Below, one piece after another: positions 9,525-19,739 of a stretch of 64,000 bases of DNA (positions are counted from its first letter, which is position 1; each line of letters starts with the position of its first letter). The DNA is from an uncultured bacterium (GTDB lineage Bacteria > Acidobacteriota > HRBIN11 > JAKEFK01). The position numbers and the translations under genes were made by a program. The stretch lies in the NCBI GenBank assembly GCA_963777505.1, contig CAVZQN010000001.1, positions 64,001 through 128,000 on the forward strand. Direction: 5' to 3'. The notes beneath the pieces were generated by a model. That model saw nothing but the letters and a program-made list of their open reading frames with translations, did not search any database and was not told the DNA's origin.

Positions 9525-10293
9525 TCAGGCTCGCTTGAACAGGAACGATTTTGTGAATCTTTGAGGCTCTTTAAAGAAAGACTTTAGACGGCTCCAGAAA
9601 GCCTTGATGAGGATAAACATCGATTTCTTTGGTTATTTGAAAACCATGAGTCTTAAATTGTTCTTGGAGAACCTGCTTCGAAAAGTAGATTCGGGGAGTT
9701 TCAATATTGTACTGTGCTCCAATGACATACTCCTCATTTGGCAGAGATGTTAAAGGGCATCTGTGCAAAATAATGTAATTTCGTGAGACACGGCACAGCT
9801 CGGAAATCGCCTTCTTATAATCAGGGATATGTTCCAGAATTCCAGAAGCCATGACCACATCGAAGCTGGCATCGGAATAGCTCAGATTTGTAAGATCCTC
9901 TTCATCAAATTTAATCTCTGGATAGATCGCCTTCGCGGTTTCAATCATGGCCTTGGAGTAATCACAACCCTGGTATTGAATCTTTCGCGAATCAAGAGCT
10001 TTAATGACCTCAGAGTAATATCCGCTTGCGCAAGCCGCATCAAGAATCGTGAATTCGCGAAGTGAAATTCCGGCCAGAATGTTAGTAAATGAAGTAAACA
10101 CGGGGTCGACGATTCCATTTTTCAAATTTTCAAGCTGTAAATTTACGACCTGTCTTTGTAGAGAAGGAACATCCGAATTCTTCCAATTTCCTGAGATTTG
10201 GTTCATCTCGTCAACAGAGGCCGATCTCTCCTCGTTTTTCAGGAGTTGAACTTCTTCGTATTTCCTATAAACCTTGCCGAGCTCGTCTTCCAT
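9525..10293 (-). CDS. Class I SAM-dependent methyltransferase (probable one-base frameshift near 9599)
   Basis: ILDAACASGYY, GCDYS, SFDVVMASGILEHI; removing one base extends the end to FWSRLKSFFKEPQRFTKSFLFKRA*. Confidence 0.8.
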
Positions 10294-10381
10294 GAATAAA
10301 ATTCTAACAAAGAAATGTTCGTAAGTGTGCATATATAATGAAGGAGAGCTTAATGAAGGGCGGAAGAAGGAACGAGAATAA

Positions 10382-10960
10382 ATGTTATTAAAATGTCCTT
10401 CTTGCGGTGCTCACATCCGGTTAACAGACCCGGTACAAGACGACAAGATCCGTTATTTATGTCAGGAGTGCAATCAGATTGTTCATCTTGACGTTCATTG
10501 GGATTCGGTTCCAACAACATCCTCGCCTCCTCCAAATCCAAGCTTGCAGCACACGCCTCGCGTGTTGATCGTTGATGACAGCGAAACCTTTCTCGCGCTG
10601 GCGGGTGATCTGCTGATGAGAAACGGGTTTGACGTCCTAAAAGCAAGAGATGGTTTTGAAGGCTTGAGGAAAATTTCAGCTGAAAAGCCTGACCTTATCT
10701 TGTTGGATTTATCCATGCCAGGGATGAGCGGCTTTGAAGTGTTACAGGCATTACGTACAGATTCAGCCTATAAGGCATTACTCCACATACCTATTCTTGT
10801 AACCAGCGGTGTTTACAATCCTGCCGAGATTGAATTGATTCGTGATTACGGCGCAAGTGGGTTCTTGAATAAAGAGTCCGTGCAGGATTTACTTGTTTAC
10901 CGCGTCCAAAAGTTATTAGCCTCTAAGCCGCAAGGGAGCGCGGACGTCCCGTCCGCATAA
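10382..10960 (+). CDS. Response regulator receiver with N-terminal zinc ribbon
   Basis: CPSC...CQEC; VLIVDDS, PDLILLDLSMPGMSG, GASGFLNK. Confidence 0.9.
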   Translation: MLLKCPSCGAHIRLTDPVQDDKIRYLCQECNQIVHLDVHWDSVPTTSSPPPNPSLQHTPRVLIVDDSETFLALAGDLLMRNGFDVLKARDGFEGLRKISAEKPDLILLDLSMPGMSGFEVLQALRTDSAYKALLHIPILVTSGVYNPAEIELIRDYGASGFLNKESVQDLLVYRVQKLLASKPQGSADVPSA

Positions 10961-10983
10961 GGGACCGCAGGGGTCTCGCCTGC
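10934..10983. repeat. GC-rich REP-like doublet (family A)
   Basis: GGGAGCGCGGACGTCCCGTCCGCA + GGGACCGCAGG...GCCTGC; same units at 20493, 25120, 26466. Confidence 0.8.
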
Positions 10984-10999
10984 CTTTGTGTCTTTGTGG

Positions 11000-11764
11000 T
11001 TAAATCTTCTGCTTTTCACCGAAGCCGATTACCACGTACGTTCCCGAACGAACATCTTTTTTCAACTTAACAATTCCGTTGCGCGCGGCATCTTCCAAAA
11101 CTTCGGTAAAGTTGCGATAACCATGATAAGACTCATTGAATGAGGGCAGCTTTCGCTTAATCGAATCCTTAATCATTGAGGAATGGAGCACTTCTTTATC
11201 TTCGCGAACAAGACCTTCGATCGATTGAACAAGCAGTTGAAACACCTGTTTCTTTTTCTTTGGCAAATCCTTGTTAATTTCCGGAGCATTGCCAATCGGA
11301 CGTTCGAGATCTTCGTAATAGATAAATTCATCGCAACTCGCGACCAGCAGATCTGAAGTTGAATTCTTTACACCAAGGCCGATGACATGTTTTCCATTTT
11401 CCTTCAGCTTGGAAACGAGCGGAGAAAAATCACTATCGCCTGAAAGGATGCAGAATGTATCGATGTGTTCTTTGGAGTAGCAAAGATCCATTGCATCAAC
11501 GCACAAACGAATATCAGCAGAATTTTTTCCAGCCTGTGTGCGGTGAGGAATTTCAATCAGTTCAATTCCGGCTTCATGAAGATCCGCTTTGAAATCATCA
11601 TAGTCCCCCCAATCCGCATACGCCTTTTTAACGATCACTTTACCTTTTTCAACGAGCCTATTGAGCACTCGTTGAATGTCGAAACTGGATCGTGGTTTAT
11701 CGCGAAGGCCAATCGCTATGTTCTCAAAGTCAACAAACATCGCGAGGGTTCTTGATTCGGGCAT
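11000..11764 (-). CDS. NYN domain protein with C-terminal OST-HTH/LOTUS domain
   Basis: FVDFENI, KNSADIRL, LSGDSDFSPL, CDEFIYY; PSFNESYHGYRNFTEVLE. Confidence 0.92.
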   Translation of the reverse strand: MPESRTLAMFVDFENIAIGLRDKPRSSFDIQRVLNRLVEKGKVIVKKAYADWGDYDDFKADLHEAGIELIEIPHRTQAGKNSADIRLCVDAMDLCYSKEHIDTFCILSGDSDFSPLVSKLKENGKHVIGLGVKNSTSDLLVASCDEFIYYEDLERPIGNAPEINKDLPKKKKQVFQLLVQSIEGLVREDKEVLHSSMIKDSIKRKLPSFNESYHGYRNFTEVLEDAARNGIVKLKKDVRSGTYVVIGFGEKQKI

Positions 11765-11795
11765 TTTTTCCTGACTTATATTAATACGGAATCCG

Positions 11796-13469
11796 TCATG
11801 CTTTACGCAAGACCTTGCCAGGGCGTGCGCCGGTATGTTTGCCGTCTTTGACGACCATAACGCCATTCACGAAGACATGCGCAACTCCGGTGGGATATTG
11901 ATGGGGAGAATCGAAGGTCGCATTATCCTGAACGGTCTTTGGATTGAAAATCACAAGGTCGGCTTTTTTGCCCTTTGCAATTCGGCCGCGATCCGCTAAG
12001 CCTGCCTGCTCAGCAGGCATGCTTGTCATTTTCCGGATTCCTGAGGGCAGTTCTACGATCTTTCGATCGCGGATGTAGTGTGCGAGAAAACGCGGATAGG
12101 TTCCGTATGATCGTGGATGCAATTTTTCCTCAAGAGCTTTTCCTTTTGCAGCAATGCTATAACCATCGGAACTAACCATCACAAGCGGATGAGATAAAAC
12201 GAGCTCAACATTTTCAGGACTCATTGCGTGACCGATATAACCGACTGATGCTTTTTCTTCTTCAATCAAACGTATGCATGCATCAACGGGTTCCATCTTC
12301 CACATTTCTGCAATTTGTACGATATTTTTCCCAATGCAGTTCCGATTTTTTTCTGAGGACACATTGCTAATGACAATTAAATCGAAACCTCCGGGCTCTT
12401 CCGAAACATACTTGATTACTTCGCCACGGATCCGCTTGCGTAGTTCCGGATCCTGAAGTCGTTTGACAAGAGCATCTGATCCACCTTCTCGCGCCCACGA
12501 ATACATCACAAGATCGAGACCCGTTGAATAAGCTGTATATGGATATGCATCTGCAAGAACTTCAACGCCTTCTTTGCGTGCCGACTCAATTAAGTCCAGA
12601 GTTGCGCCTTGTTTGTGCCAGTTGGAGCGTCCACAAACTTTAAGATGTGAAACCTGGACGCGCGAACCAGTTTGGCGTCCAATATTAATAGCCTCATCAA
12701 CTGCTTCCAGTACGTATGTAACTTCATTACGGATGTGCGAGGCGTAAAAACCGCCGTATCGCGCAACGACACGAGTCATATCGATAATTTCTTCAGTTGG
12801 TGTGAATGTACCGGGTAAATATTCGAGGCCTGTGCTAAGACCAACCGCGCCTGCATCCATTCCTTCTTCAACGGTTCGGAGCACTGTCTTTAATTCGTCT
12901 GCTGTTAGTTTACGATCCGCTTCTCCAGCGATGTTGCTTCTCAGAGTTCCTTGCCCTAATAGCAAGGCTTGATTCAAGGACATCTTCATTTTTTCAAGCG
13001 CGAGAAGATACGATCCAACATCCTTCCAGGAAAGATCAACACCATATTCATCCAAATAATATTTTCGATTGGCTTCGATTGATTCGCCTTCAAGAGGCGC
13101 TGCTGACGATCCGCAATTTCCTGTGATTTCAGTTGTGATGCCCTGCCGGACCCGGCTATCAGCATCTGGATATGCAACGATGCTGCTATCGGAATGGCTG
13201 TGAATGTCGATGAATCCTGGTGAGATGTACCATCCTGAAATATCGACAACATTTTTCCCGTATGAAGATGCAATGTCACCTAAGGCTGCAATCGCATCTC
13301 CTTTTATTCCAACATCGCCCTTCCAGGCTGGACCACCGGTGCCGTCCAGAATCATTCCGCCGCGAAGAACTGTATCGAATTCAGACGAAGCTTCAACGCG
13401 GCTGCCCGGTACCAATGCAAATGCAGCAGCAGCACGAAGTGAATTTTTGAGGAAATTTCTTCGATCCAT
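11796..13469 (-). CDS. Tat-exported D-aminoacylase family amidohydrolase
   Basis: MDRRNFLK Tat motif, PGFIDIHSHSD, TGNCGSS, HPRSYGTYPR. Confidence 0.92.
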   Translation of the reverse strand: MDRRNFLKNSLRAAAAFALVPGSRVEASSEFDTVLRGGMILDGTGGPAWKGDVGIKGDAIAALGDIASSYGKNVVDISGWYISPGFIDIHSHSDSSIVAYPDADSRVRQGITTEITGNCGSSAAPLEGESIEANRKYYLDEYGVDLSWKDVGSYLLALEKMKMSLNQALLLGQGTLRSNIAGEADRKLTADELKTVLRTVEEGMDAGAVGLSTGLEYLPGTFTPTEEIIDMTRVVARYGGFYASHIRNEVTYVLEAVDEAINIGRQTGSRVQVSHLKVCGRSNWHKQGATLDLIESARKEGVEVLADAYPYTAYSTGLDLVMYSWAREGGSDALVKRLQDPELRKRIRGEVIKYVSEEPGGFDLIVISNVSSEKNRNCIGKNIVQIAEMWKMEPVDACIRLIEEEKASVGYIGHAMSPENVELVLSHPLVMVSSDGYSIAAKGKALEEKLHPRSYGTYPRFLAHYIRDRKIVELPSGIRKMTSMPAEQAGLADRGRIAKGKKADLVIFNPKTVQDNATFDSPHQYPTGVAHVFVNGVMVVKDGKHTGARPGKVLRKA

Positions 13470-13708
13470 AAAAGTGTTGCGAGTAAGATTTTAACATATC
13501 ATTTTTATATAGGCACGCATTCGAACATCAATATTTGTTGTGCTACAATCGTTAAATCCCACGAAATACATCATTCGGTTTAATCCGTTGACACAGGGCA
13601 GGACGTTGAACCAGAGAGGGGAAAATCTGGCTTCATACCTGCCCTGTTTATTACCGCAAAGACTCAAAGATCACTGCGTCTTTGCGGTAAAAATAAAATG
13701 AATTCCAA

Positions 13709-14338
13709 ATGAACCTCGAAGTTAGAGATGTTACAAGCGGCTTGTGGATATGGCGCACAGAACATCCAGACTGGCAGTCGAATCAAGGGTGGGATCCAAT
13801 CGTAGCTTCGACCTGTGTAGAATCCGGCGGTGAGATTCTGATAATTGATCCGATCGCTCCGCCAAATTCTGCGACTAAATTATGGGAAAGATTCGATGCG
13901 CGGCCACCAACAGCAGTCATCATACTAAAACCGGATCACGTTCGGCATGTGGATTTATTCGTGAGCCGGTATCATGCACGCGCATTTGGCCCGGATCGTT
14001 TCGATCGTTACGATATTCCAAAGACAGAACTGGAACCAATTTACCCTGGCAGCATACTTCCCGGAGGAATTGTTGCTCTGCATGACGGACGCGGCCGCAA
14101 CGAAACACCGGTGTGGTTACCTGAACAACGTGCGATTGTATTCGCTGATGCGCTTACAGCGCCTGAGGGAGAACTTCGCATCTGGTCAACACCATGGCAC
14201 CAGGAACGTGCATTGCCGGCGATGCGTAAACTGCTTGAACTTCCATTCGAACTCGTAATCGTCTCACACGGTGAGCCAGTTCACACTCGAGCGGAATTTG
14301 AACGCGCATTAGAACGCACTCCCTGGAACAGCTTCTAA
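13709..14338 (+). CDS. Metallo-beta-lactamase-fold protein (degenerate metal motif)
   Basis: LIIDP, KPDHVRH, IVFADAL, VIVSHGEP. Confidence 0.75.
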   Translation: MNLEVRDVTSGLWIWRTEHPDWQSNQGWDPIVASTCVESGGEILIIDPIAPPNSATKLWERFDARPPTAVIILKPDHVRHVDLFVSRYHARAFGPDRFDRYDIPKTELEPIYPGSILPGGIVALHDGRGRNETPVWLPEQRAIVFADALTAPEGELRIWSTPWHQERALPAMRKLLELPFELVIVSHGEPVHTRAEFERALERTPWNSF

Positions 14339-14340
14339 CA

Positions 14341-14580
14341 ATTTTAGATTTAGGATTTCAGATTTCAGATTGAAATTTTTGATTGCAGATTGATAGAAGG
14401 ACTGAGCTATGAGTTTTGTAAAATTACTCTTATACAGAAAAGAAAATAAAGAAAGGCTGGAAACTATTAAATTCTTGATGAATTTTATCCCTTCTGTTCG
14501 GCTAAGGACAATTCGCATGAATTTCAAATCAGAAATTTGTTCAATTTCAATCCGAAATCAAAAATCTGAAATCTAAAATT
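14341..14580. repeat. Inverted pair of 7-bp arrays ((GATTTCA)n ... (TGAAATC)n) enclosing an AT-rich spacer
   Basis: ATTTTAGATTTAGGATTTCAGATTTCAGATTGA at left, TCAATCCGAAATCAAAAATCTGAAATCTAAAAT at right. Confidence 0.8.
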
Positions 14581-14634
14581 GCGGCCGAAGGCCGCTACAA
14601 ACTTCGTGTCTTAGTGTCTTCGTGTTGAAGAGCT

Positions 14635-15279
14635 TTATTGAATTTGCATTGCAGATAACGCGCGTGCTTTCAGTTCAGGGGCAATCGCTTTCAAAACATC
14701 TGTATCTTGATCGTTGCGAACCAGTTCCTCGATTTTTCTGCCAGTAGTTTTAAGATCTTCCTGGTAAAACAGGATTAATTCATGTTTCCGGGATTCATCA
14801 CCAAGAGTTAGAAATCTTGAAACAATCCAGGCTTCCGGAATTTCATAGCCTTTTTTCTGCAGAAATGAAGCTGTAACAGCCGCTTCGCCTTCAGGATTCT
14901 CTTTCTTTGCTTCAGCATTTGTAAAAACGAACGTACTATGGTTGAACTGATGACCACTCATATTGATTGCGTTTGCAAAACTGTATCTGTAAATTTCCGA
15001 ACTTTCAGGCAGAAAACTTTCGAACTGGGCTATGACTAACCTCTGAATCTTTTTCTCTTTTGATTCTGCAAAAACATAGCGTTCTCCCGCAGCAATCTCT
15101 TGAATCTTAAATGGAAATGAGCCGACAAATTGAATCGCAGGATCGACTTTGATTTTTATTGCGGGCAAAGATTCGGAGATAAGAACATTTTCAGAAACAT
15201 TTCTTGGAGATGAACTCAGCAACACGTTCAACTGAGTCAGAACAAACACTATCAGGAACATGACCTTCAGATGGCGCAT
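14635..15279 (-). CDS. Hypothetical secreted protein
   Basis: 214 aa ORF with hydrophobic N-terminus, 6 nt downstream of the kinase gene. Confidence 0.7.
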   Translation of the reverse strand: MRHLKVMFLIVFVLTQLNVLLSSSPRNVSENVLISESLPAIKIKVDPAIQFVGSFPFKIQEIAAGERYVFAESKEKKIQRLVIAQFESFLPESSEIYRYSFANAINMSGHQFNHSTFVFTNAEAKKENPEGEAAVTASFLQKKGYEIPEAWIVSRFLTLGDESRKHELILFYQEDLKTTGRKIEELVRNDQDTDVLKAIAPELKARALSAMQIQ

Positions 15280-15285
15280 GAAATT

Positions 15286-17971
15286 TTACTTATGGCTGAG
15301 CAAATAGACGTCACCTTGTGCGGTAGGTTTGGCATAGACCAGCGTAGAAAGATCGCGGGTAAAATCAAATGCATTGCCGCGATACTGTAAAGGGAATTTA
15401 GGAGCAATCTTTCGCAGAACACTTGCGGTTCCCGTCACTTTGCCATTCTCATAAGGTAGACTATAGAAAGTGATTTCTTCCGGAGCTGCTACCGTATACA
15501 GAATCGCTTTTCCGCCCTCCGCAAAATAAATATTTAAAGAATTTATATCTTCCACAATCGCTTTTGTCTTTTTATCTTGAGTAGAAAATAAACCGATGCC
15601 ATCATTGTTTTCAAACTCACCAGATCCTATCAGGAACATGTCATCTGGTGAGGAATCCGAGAAAATAATGGGGGCAGCAAACCCTTCGATGTTCTGACCA
15701 TTAACATCGGCTTTCCAGCCCATCCTGGAGCCAGCAGTATTGATACCGGCTACGTAAACTGTTTCGGCGTTGTTGGAAAAAAAGACACTGTTCGCCTCAG
15801 AGATATTCTTGATGGGAATTTCTCGAAGATTACGTCCATTTGAATTTGCCACAAATGCTTTATTGTCAAGCATGAAACCAATCTTGCTTCCGTCGCGGGA
15901 CCAGGAACCTGTCGCTACAGTTGAAGCGGCGGCAATTCTCAAACGGTTGGTTCCATCCAGATTGGATACCCAGACTTCCTCGTTCCTTCCGGGTTGAACA
16001 AAATGTATATACATCAATCGTTTTCCATCAGGGGACAAACAAGGTTGGGATGCCAACTCAGAAAAAATTTCTGTAGAAGTTTCGGTCTGCATATTGAGTA
16101 CATGAAGGCTGCCGGATTCTTTGCTGGTGACAAAGTAGATCCCTTGATTTGCAGGATTTACCATTGGGAAAATATCATCGCCTGGACCAAATGAAACCTG
16201 TCTCATTTCCTGATTTTTCAGGTTGTATTCCCAAATATTTGAAATTCCATCGACTCTACGGCCTAAAAGAAGCGTTTTTCCTGGAATTCCCCAATTGGGC
16301 CGTCCATTTAAATCTTTTAACTGTCCGATCTGCTTGGCTTCTCCTGTGATCAAATTGACATTGAAGATATATGCATCATTCTTAACATCCAGTCCAACGA
16401 CTAACAGTACGTTTCCTGTCGGATAGAAAAGTTTTTTGTTAGGAACAATTGCCGATGGAAATGTACAGACAACTGATTCTTTAAAACCGGAACGATCGCT
16501 CTTAAACAACGAAAAATTATTCCGTTTACTGTAATAAAACGACTCTCCATCCGGAGACTGGACTGTATCGATACCCACAAGTACACGCCTGGAATCTCCA
16601 CCCAGAGCCGGAACGGCCCAAGTTTCCTGGCGCTCTGCATTCCAAAAAAGAATTTCGGTACCATCTGCGGAAAAACTGGACACTCGTTTGTTCAGAGAGT
16701 CTTTGGTTAACTGAAGTGGATCACCGCCTGTTGCTAATAAAAGAAAGACTTGATTGAATGCCATCGACTGGAGAAGTAAATGCGATTGCTGTTCCGTTTG
16801 GAGAAAGTGCTGGACTGAAAATTGGCTTATTCCAGCGACTGATTTTTGAGAGCTTTGTAGGAAGAGGCGCTACTCTGTTCATCCATATGAAATATCCGGC
16901 AATTGCAGAAATCAAAAGTGCGGCGGCAATGATCGGTACGATTATTTTTTTTCTAGATGGCGCGGCGCTGACTGCCGGAATCGCAGTTTTATCTGACATA
17001 TGAGCATCGGTTGAAACCGATTCGTGAACGGGCAAACTGGCCGATGAACGCCCCGAATCCATTTCACGTTTTAACCGTTTCAAGTCAGCGCGCATTTCGC
17101 CTGCCGTCTGGTAACGCAAATCGCGATCTTTTTCAATTGCTTTATTAATGATGCGTTCCAACTCCGGAGGCAGATCAGGATTGATGCGCAATAGCGGCGT
17201 TGGCATCTTGCTTAACAATGCTTCAAAGATGACTGCGTTGGTGTTTCCTGCAAATGGATTACGGCCCGTTGCCATCTCATAAAGGACAGTTCCAAACGAA
17301 AACAAGTCAGTGCGTGCATCCAATTCTTTACCGCGCGCTTGCTCCGGTGACATATATGCAATCGTTCCAAGAGCCATTCCTGGACTGGTGAGTGACTCTT
17401 CAGGAACACCTTGAGTTTGCAATGCAGATGCACCTTCTGCGACTTTGGATCGCTCCGGCATCAGTTTAGCGAGGCCGAAGTCCAAAATTTTTGTCTGATT
17501 GCGTGCAGTTACAAAAATATTCGCCGGCTTGATGTCACGGTGGACGATTCCTTTCGCATGGGCTGCATCTAACGCGTCAGCAATTTGAATTGCCATCTCA
17601 AGCAGGTCTTCAATTCCAAAAGGATGACCTTCAATTCGATGCTTTAACGTCTTGCCTTCCAGAAGTTCCATTGCAATGAAATGAACTTCGTGTTCAGGAT
17701 GATCCGGATCTAGCTGTGTATCGATCGATGAAGGAATGCCGGAATCAATATCATAAATTGTGCAGATACTGGCATGATTCAGCGCTGATGCTGCGCGGGC
17801 TTCGCGACGGAAACGTTCAAGGGAAATCGAATCTTTGGCAAATTCATCCGGCAAGAACTTTAGCGCAACGCCACGCCCCAGCCGTAAATCTTCAGCTTGA
17901 TATACAACTCCCATCCCTCCACCGCCCAAACGTTCGATAATACGGTAGTGAGAAATTGTCTTCCCTATCAT
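15286..17971 (-). CDS. Membrane Ser/Thr kinase with TolB/PD40-like beta-propeller (one-base frameshift near 16758)
   Basis: GGGGMGVVY, VALK, HRDIKPAN, DFG, YMSPE, TM helix; removing one base joins SPVDGI to NQVFLL and the SPDG repeats of ORF 15286-16764. Confidence 0.9.
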
Positions 17972-18098
17972 GTGCGGCTTATTTCATCATAAGGAGCGCG
18001 AATCACCAAACTACATTTCAATCCACGCGATACGAATTTCGTTCAATATTGAAATGGAATCCTCTATCCTCTATTCTCTATCCTCTTGGGAGTTTTTC

Positions 18099-18782
18099 AT
18101 GAAAGTAGTCTTATTCACGTCAGTTGTGGTGCTTGTTTGCTGTATTTCTGCTTCTGGAATGCCACAGCATATTACATTTCCGACTGAGGATGGCGGAACG
18201 ATTTCTGCTGATCTTTACGGAAAAGGCGAACGAGCCATTCTTTTGACTCATGGAGGCAGATTCAACAAAGAAAGTTGGCAGAAGCAAGCATCCATATTAA
18301 TGAACGCCGGATTTCGTGTGATGGCAATGGACTTTCGCGGGTATGGTCAATCGAAGGGTCCCGGTCAAGCGGATCCTATGAGCGCACCGCTGCATTTAGA
18401 TGTGCTTGCCGGAGTTCGATACCTGCGAACAACAGGAGCAAAAACAGTATCGATTGTGGGTGGAAGCATGGGAGGTACCGCAGCAGCAACCGCATCAATT
18501 CAAGCAAAATCAGGGGAGATCGATCGGATTGTTTTACTTGGAGCTGCGTGTGATTGTATTCCTGAAAAACTGAAGGTGCGGAAATTATTCATTGTTAGCC
18601 GTGATGATACACGGGGTGATGGAGTTGTCCGGTTGATAAAAATTCGCGAACAGTTTGAAAAATCGCCAGAGCCAAAAAAGCTTGTGATCCTTGAAGGTTC
18701 GGCGCATGCACAAGCCCTTTTTGAAACGGATCAAGCTGAAAAACTGATGAATGAAATTCTGCAATTCCTTTCCGAACCATAA
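18099..18782 (+). CDS. Secreted alpha/beta hydrolase
   Basis: Signal peptide, LLTHGG, DFRGYGQS, GGSMGG nucleophile elbow, SAHAQ His. Confidence 0.88.
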   Translation: MKVVLFTSVVVLVCCISASGMPQHITFPTEDGGTISADLYGKGERAILLTHGGRFNKESWQKQASILMNAGFRVMAMDFRGYGQSKGPGQADPMSAPLHLDVLAGVRYLRTTGAKTVSIVGGSMGGTAAATASIQAKSGEIDRIVLLGAACDCIPEKLKVRKLFIVSRDDTRGDGVVRLIKIREQFEKSPEPKKLVILEGSAHAQALFETDQAEKLMNEILQFLSEP

Positions 18783-19435
18783 GCATCTTTTGGTGTTGAA
18801 TTACTTTCTTCAATCCTCTATTCTCTATTCTCTATTCTCTATTCTCTATCCTCTCTGCTCTTACAATTCACCTTTGTCCTTGCGTTGTTGCCCCATCATT
18901 AGACCCAGACCGGCACCAATGCCGACGCCAATCGCCACGCCAATCGCAATATTGTTTAGGGCTACTCCAAGTCCAGCTCCGAGTCCAGCGCCAAGGGCTA
19001 TTCCGAGGGCCAAGCCGACACCGATGCGCTCAGTCCCCTTGGGTTGTTGGTCATTTTGATTGCTCATTCGCTGCCTCCAAAAACTGAAAGAATGAAAACT
19101 CTTGTGTTGCAAATAGCGGCACAAACGATGATAGCCGATTTATGTTTTGTTTTTCAAAAATGTTTTTGAGCGGATTGCAAAGCGGAATATCAATACTTTA
19201 TTGCTTTGATTCTCTTGTTATTTGCTTAATTCGTTCGCGCAGCATTTTGCAAATTTTTTGCTGGAGGAATCACAATGAAAAAAAATGAATCAAAATGACT
19301 TCGCAGTGTTCGCAAGCCAGCTTCCAGATTGCCGAATGGCTTTTCTTTTTCAGCTGCAATTCCTTTCCGAACCGTAGCATCTTTCGGTGTTGAATTACTA
19401 TCCTCAATCTTCTATTCTCTATCCTCTCTGCTCTT
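18759..19435 (+). repeat. Imperfect direct repeat of about 80-100 bp (18759-18862 and 19354-19435)
   Basis: Both copies read CTGCAATTCCTTTCCGAACC(A/G)TA(A)GCATCTTT(T/C)GGTGTTGAATTACT...(TCTATTC)n...CCTCTCTGCTCTT; they differ mainly in heptamer copy number. Confidence 0.85.
18861..19067 (-). CDS. Small glycine-zipper membrane protein
   Basis: GxxxG repeats (IGVGLALGIALGAGLGAGLGVALNNIAIGVAIGVGIGAGLG); GGAGG RBS before ATG 19067. Confidence 0.75.
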   Translation of the reverse strand: MSNQNDQQPKGTERIGVGLALGIALGAGLGAGLGVALNNIAIGVAIGVGIGAGLGLMMGQQRKDKGEL

Positions 19436-19441
19436 CTCTAT

Positions 19442-19539
19442 GGAGGTGAGTGTGTGCTGGTGCATGCCCCGGTCTTCAAAATCGGTGGGACTTATCGAAA
19501 GGTAAGTTCGGTGGGTTCGATTCCCTCGCACCTCCGCCA
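19442..19539 (+). tRNA. selC: tRNA-Sec (anticodon UCA)
   Basis: GGAGGTG/CACCTCC acceptor + G-CCA, 6-bp D stem with TGGT loop, CCGGT-CTTCAAA-ATCGG anticodon arm, 9-bp variable arm GGACTTATC-GAAA-GGTAAGTTC, TTCGATT loop. Confidence 0.95.
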
Positions 19540-19739
19540 TTACACTGGAGAAAGCTGAAAGGCTTGGACCAAATTGCATTGGATAATGTTATCCGGCTTG
19601 GATGATGCGGAGGAGCAGGGGTGCAGGGGAGGTTTAGTCAACTATTTTCGCAGTGATGTGCCGCTTCTTGGTGATCAAAATAAAGTCCTCGTCCGAATGC
19701 AAGTAATCTTTTGATTCTGTCTCTTGAACTGGAGGAAAA

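Noticed and set aside
11000-11764. NYN protein as part of a defence or toxin-antitoxin system
   Set aside because: NYN plus OST-HTH is a widespread stand-alone architecture and no antitoxin or defence neighbour is present.
15286-17971. Programmed ribosomal frameshift or two real genes
   Set aside because: No slippery heptamer at the junction; a single-base edit restores a common kinase-propeller architecture.
19540-19739. Moco/Wco riboswitch or ModE box before modA
   Set aside because: I could not find the conserved stems or a CGTTATAT-type box by eye; an Rfam search would be needed to exclude it fully.
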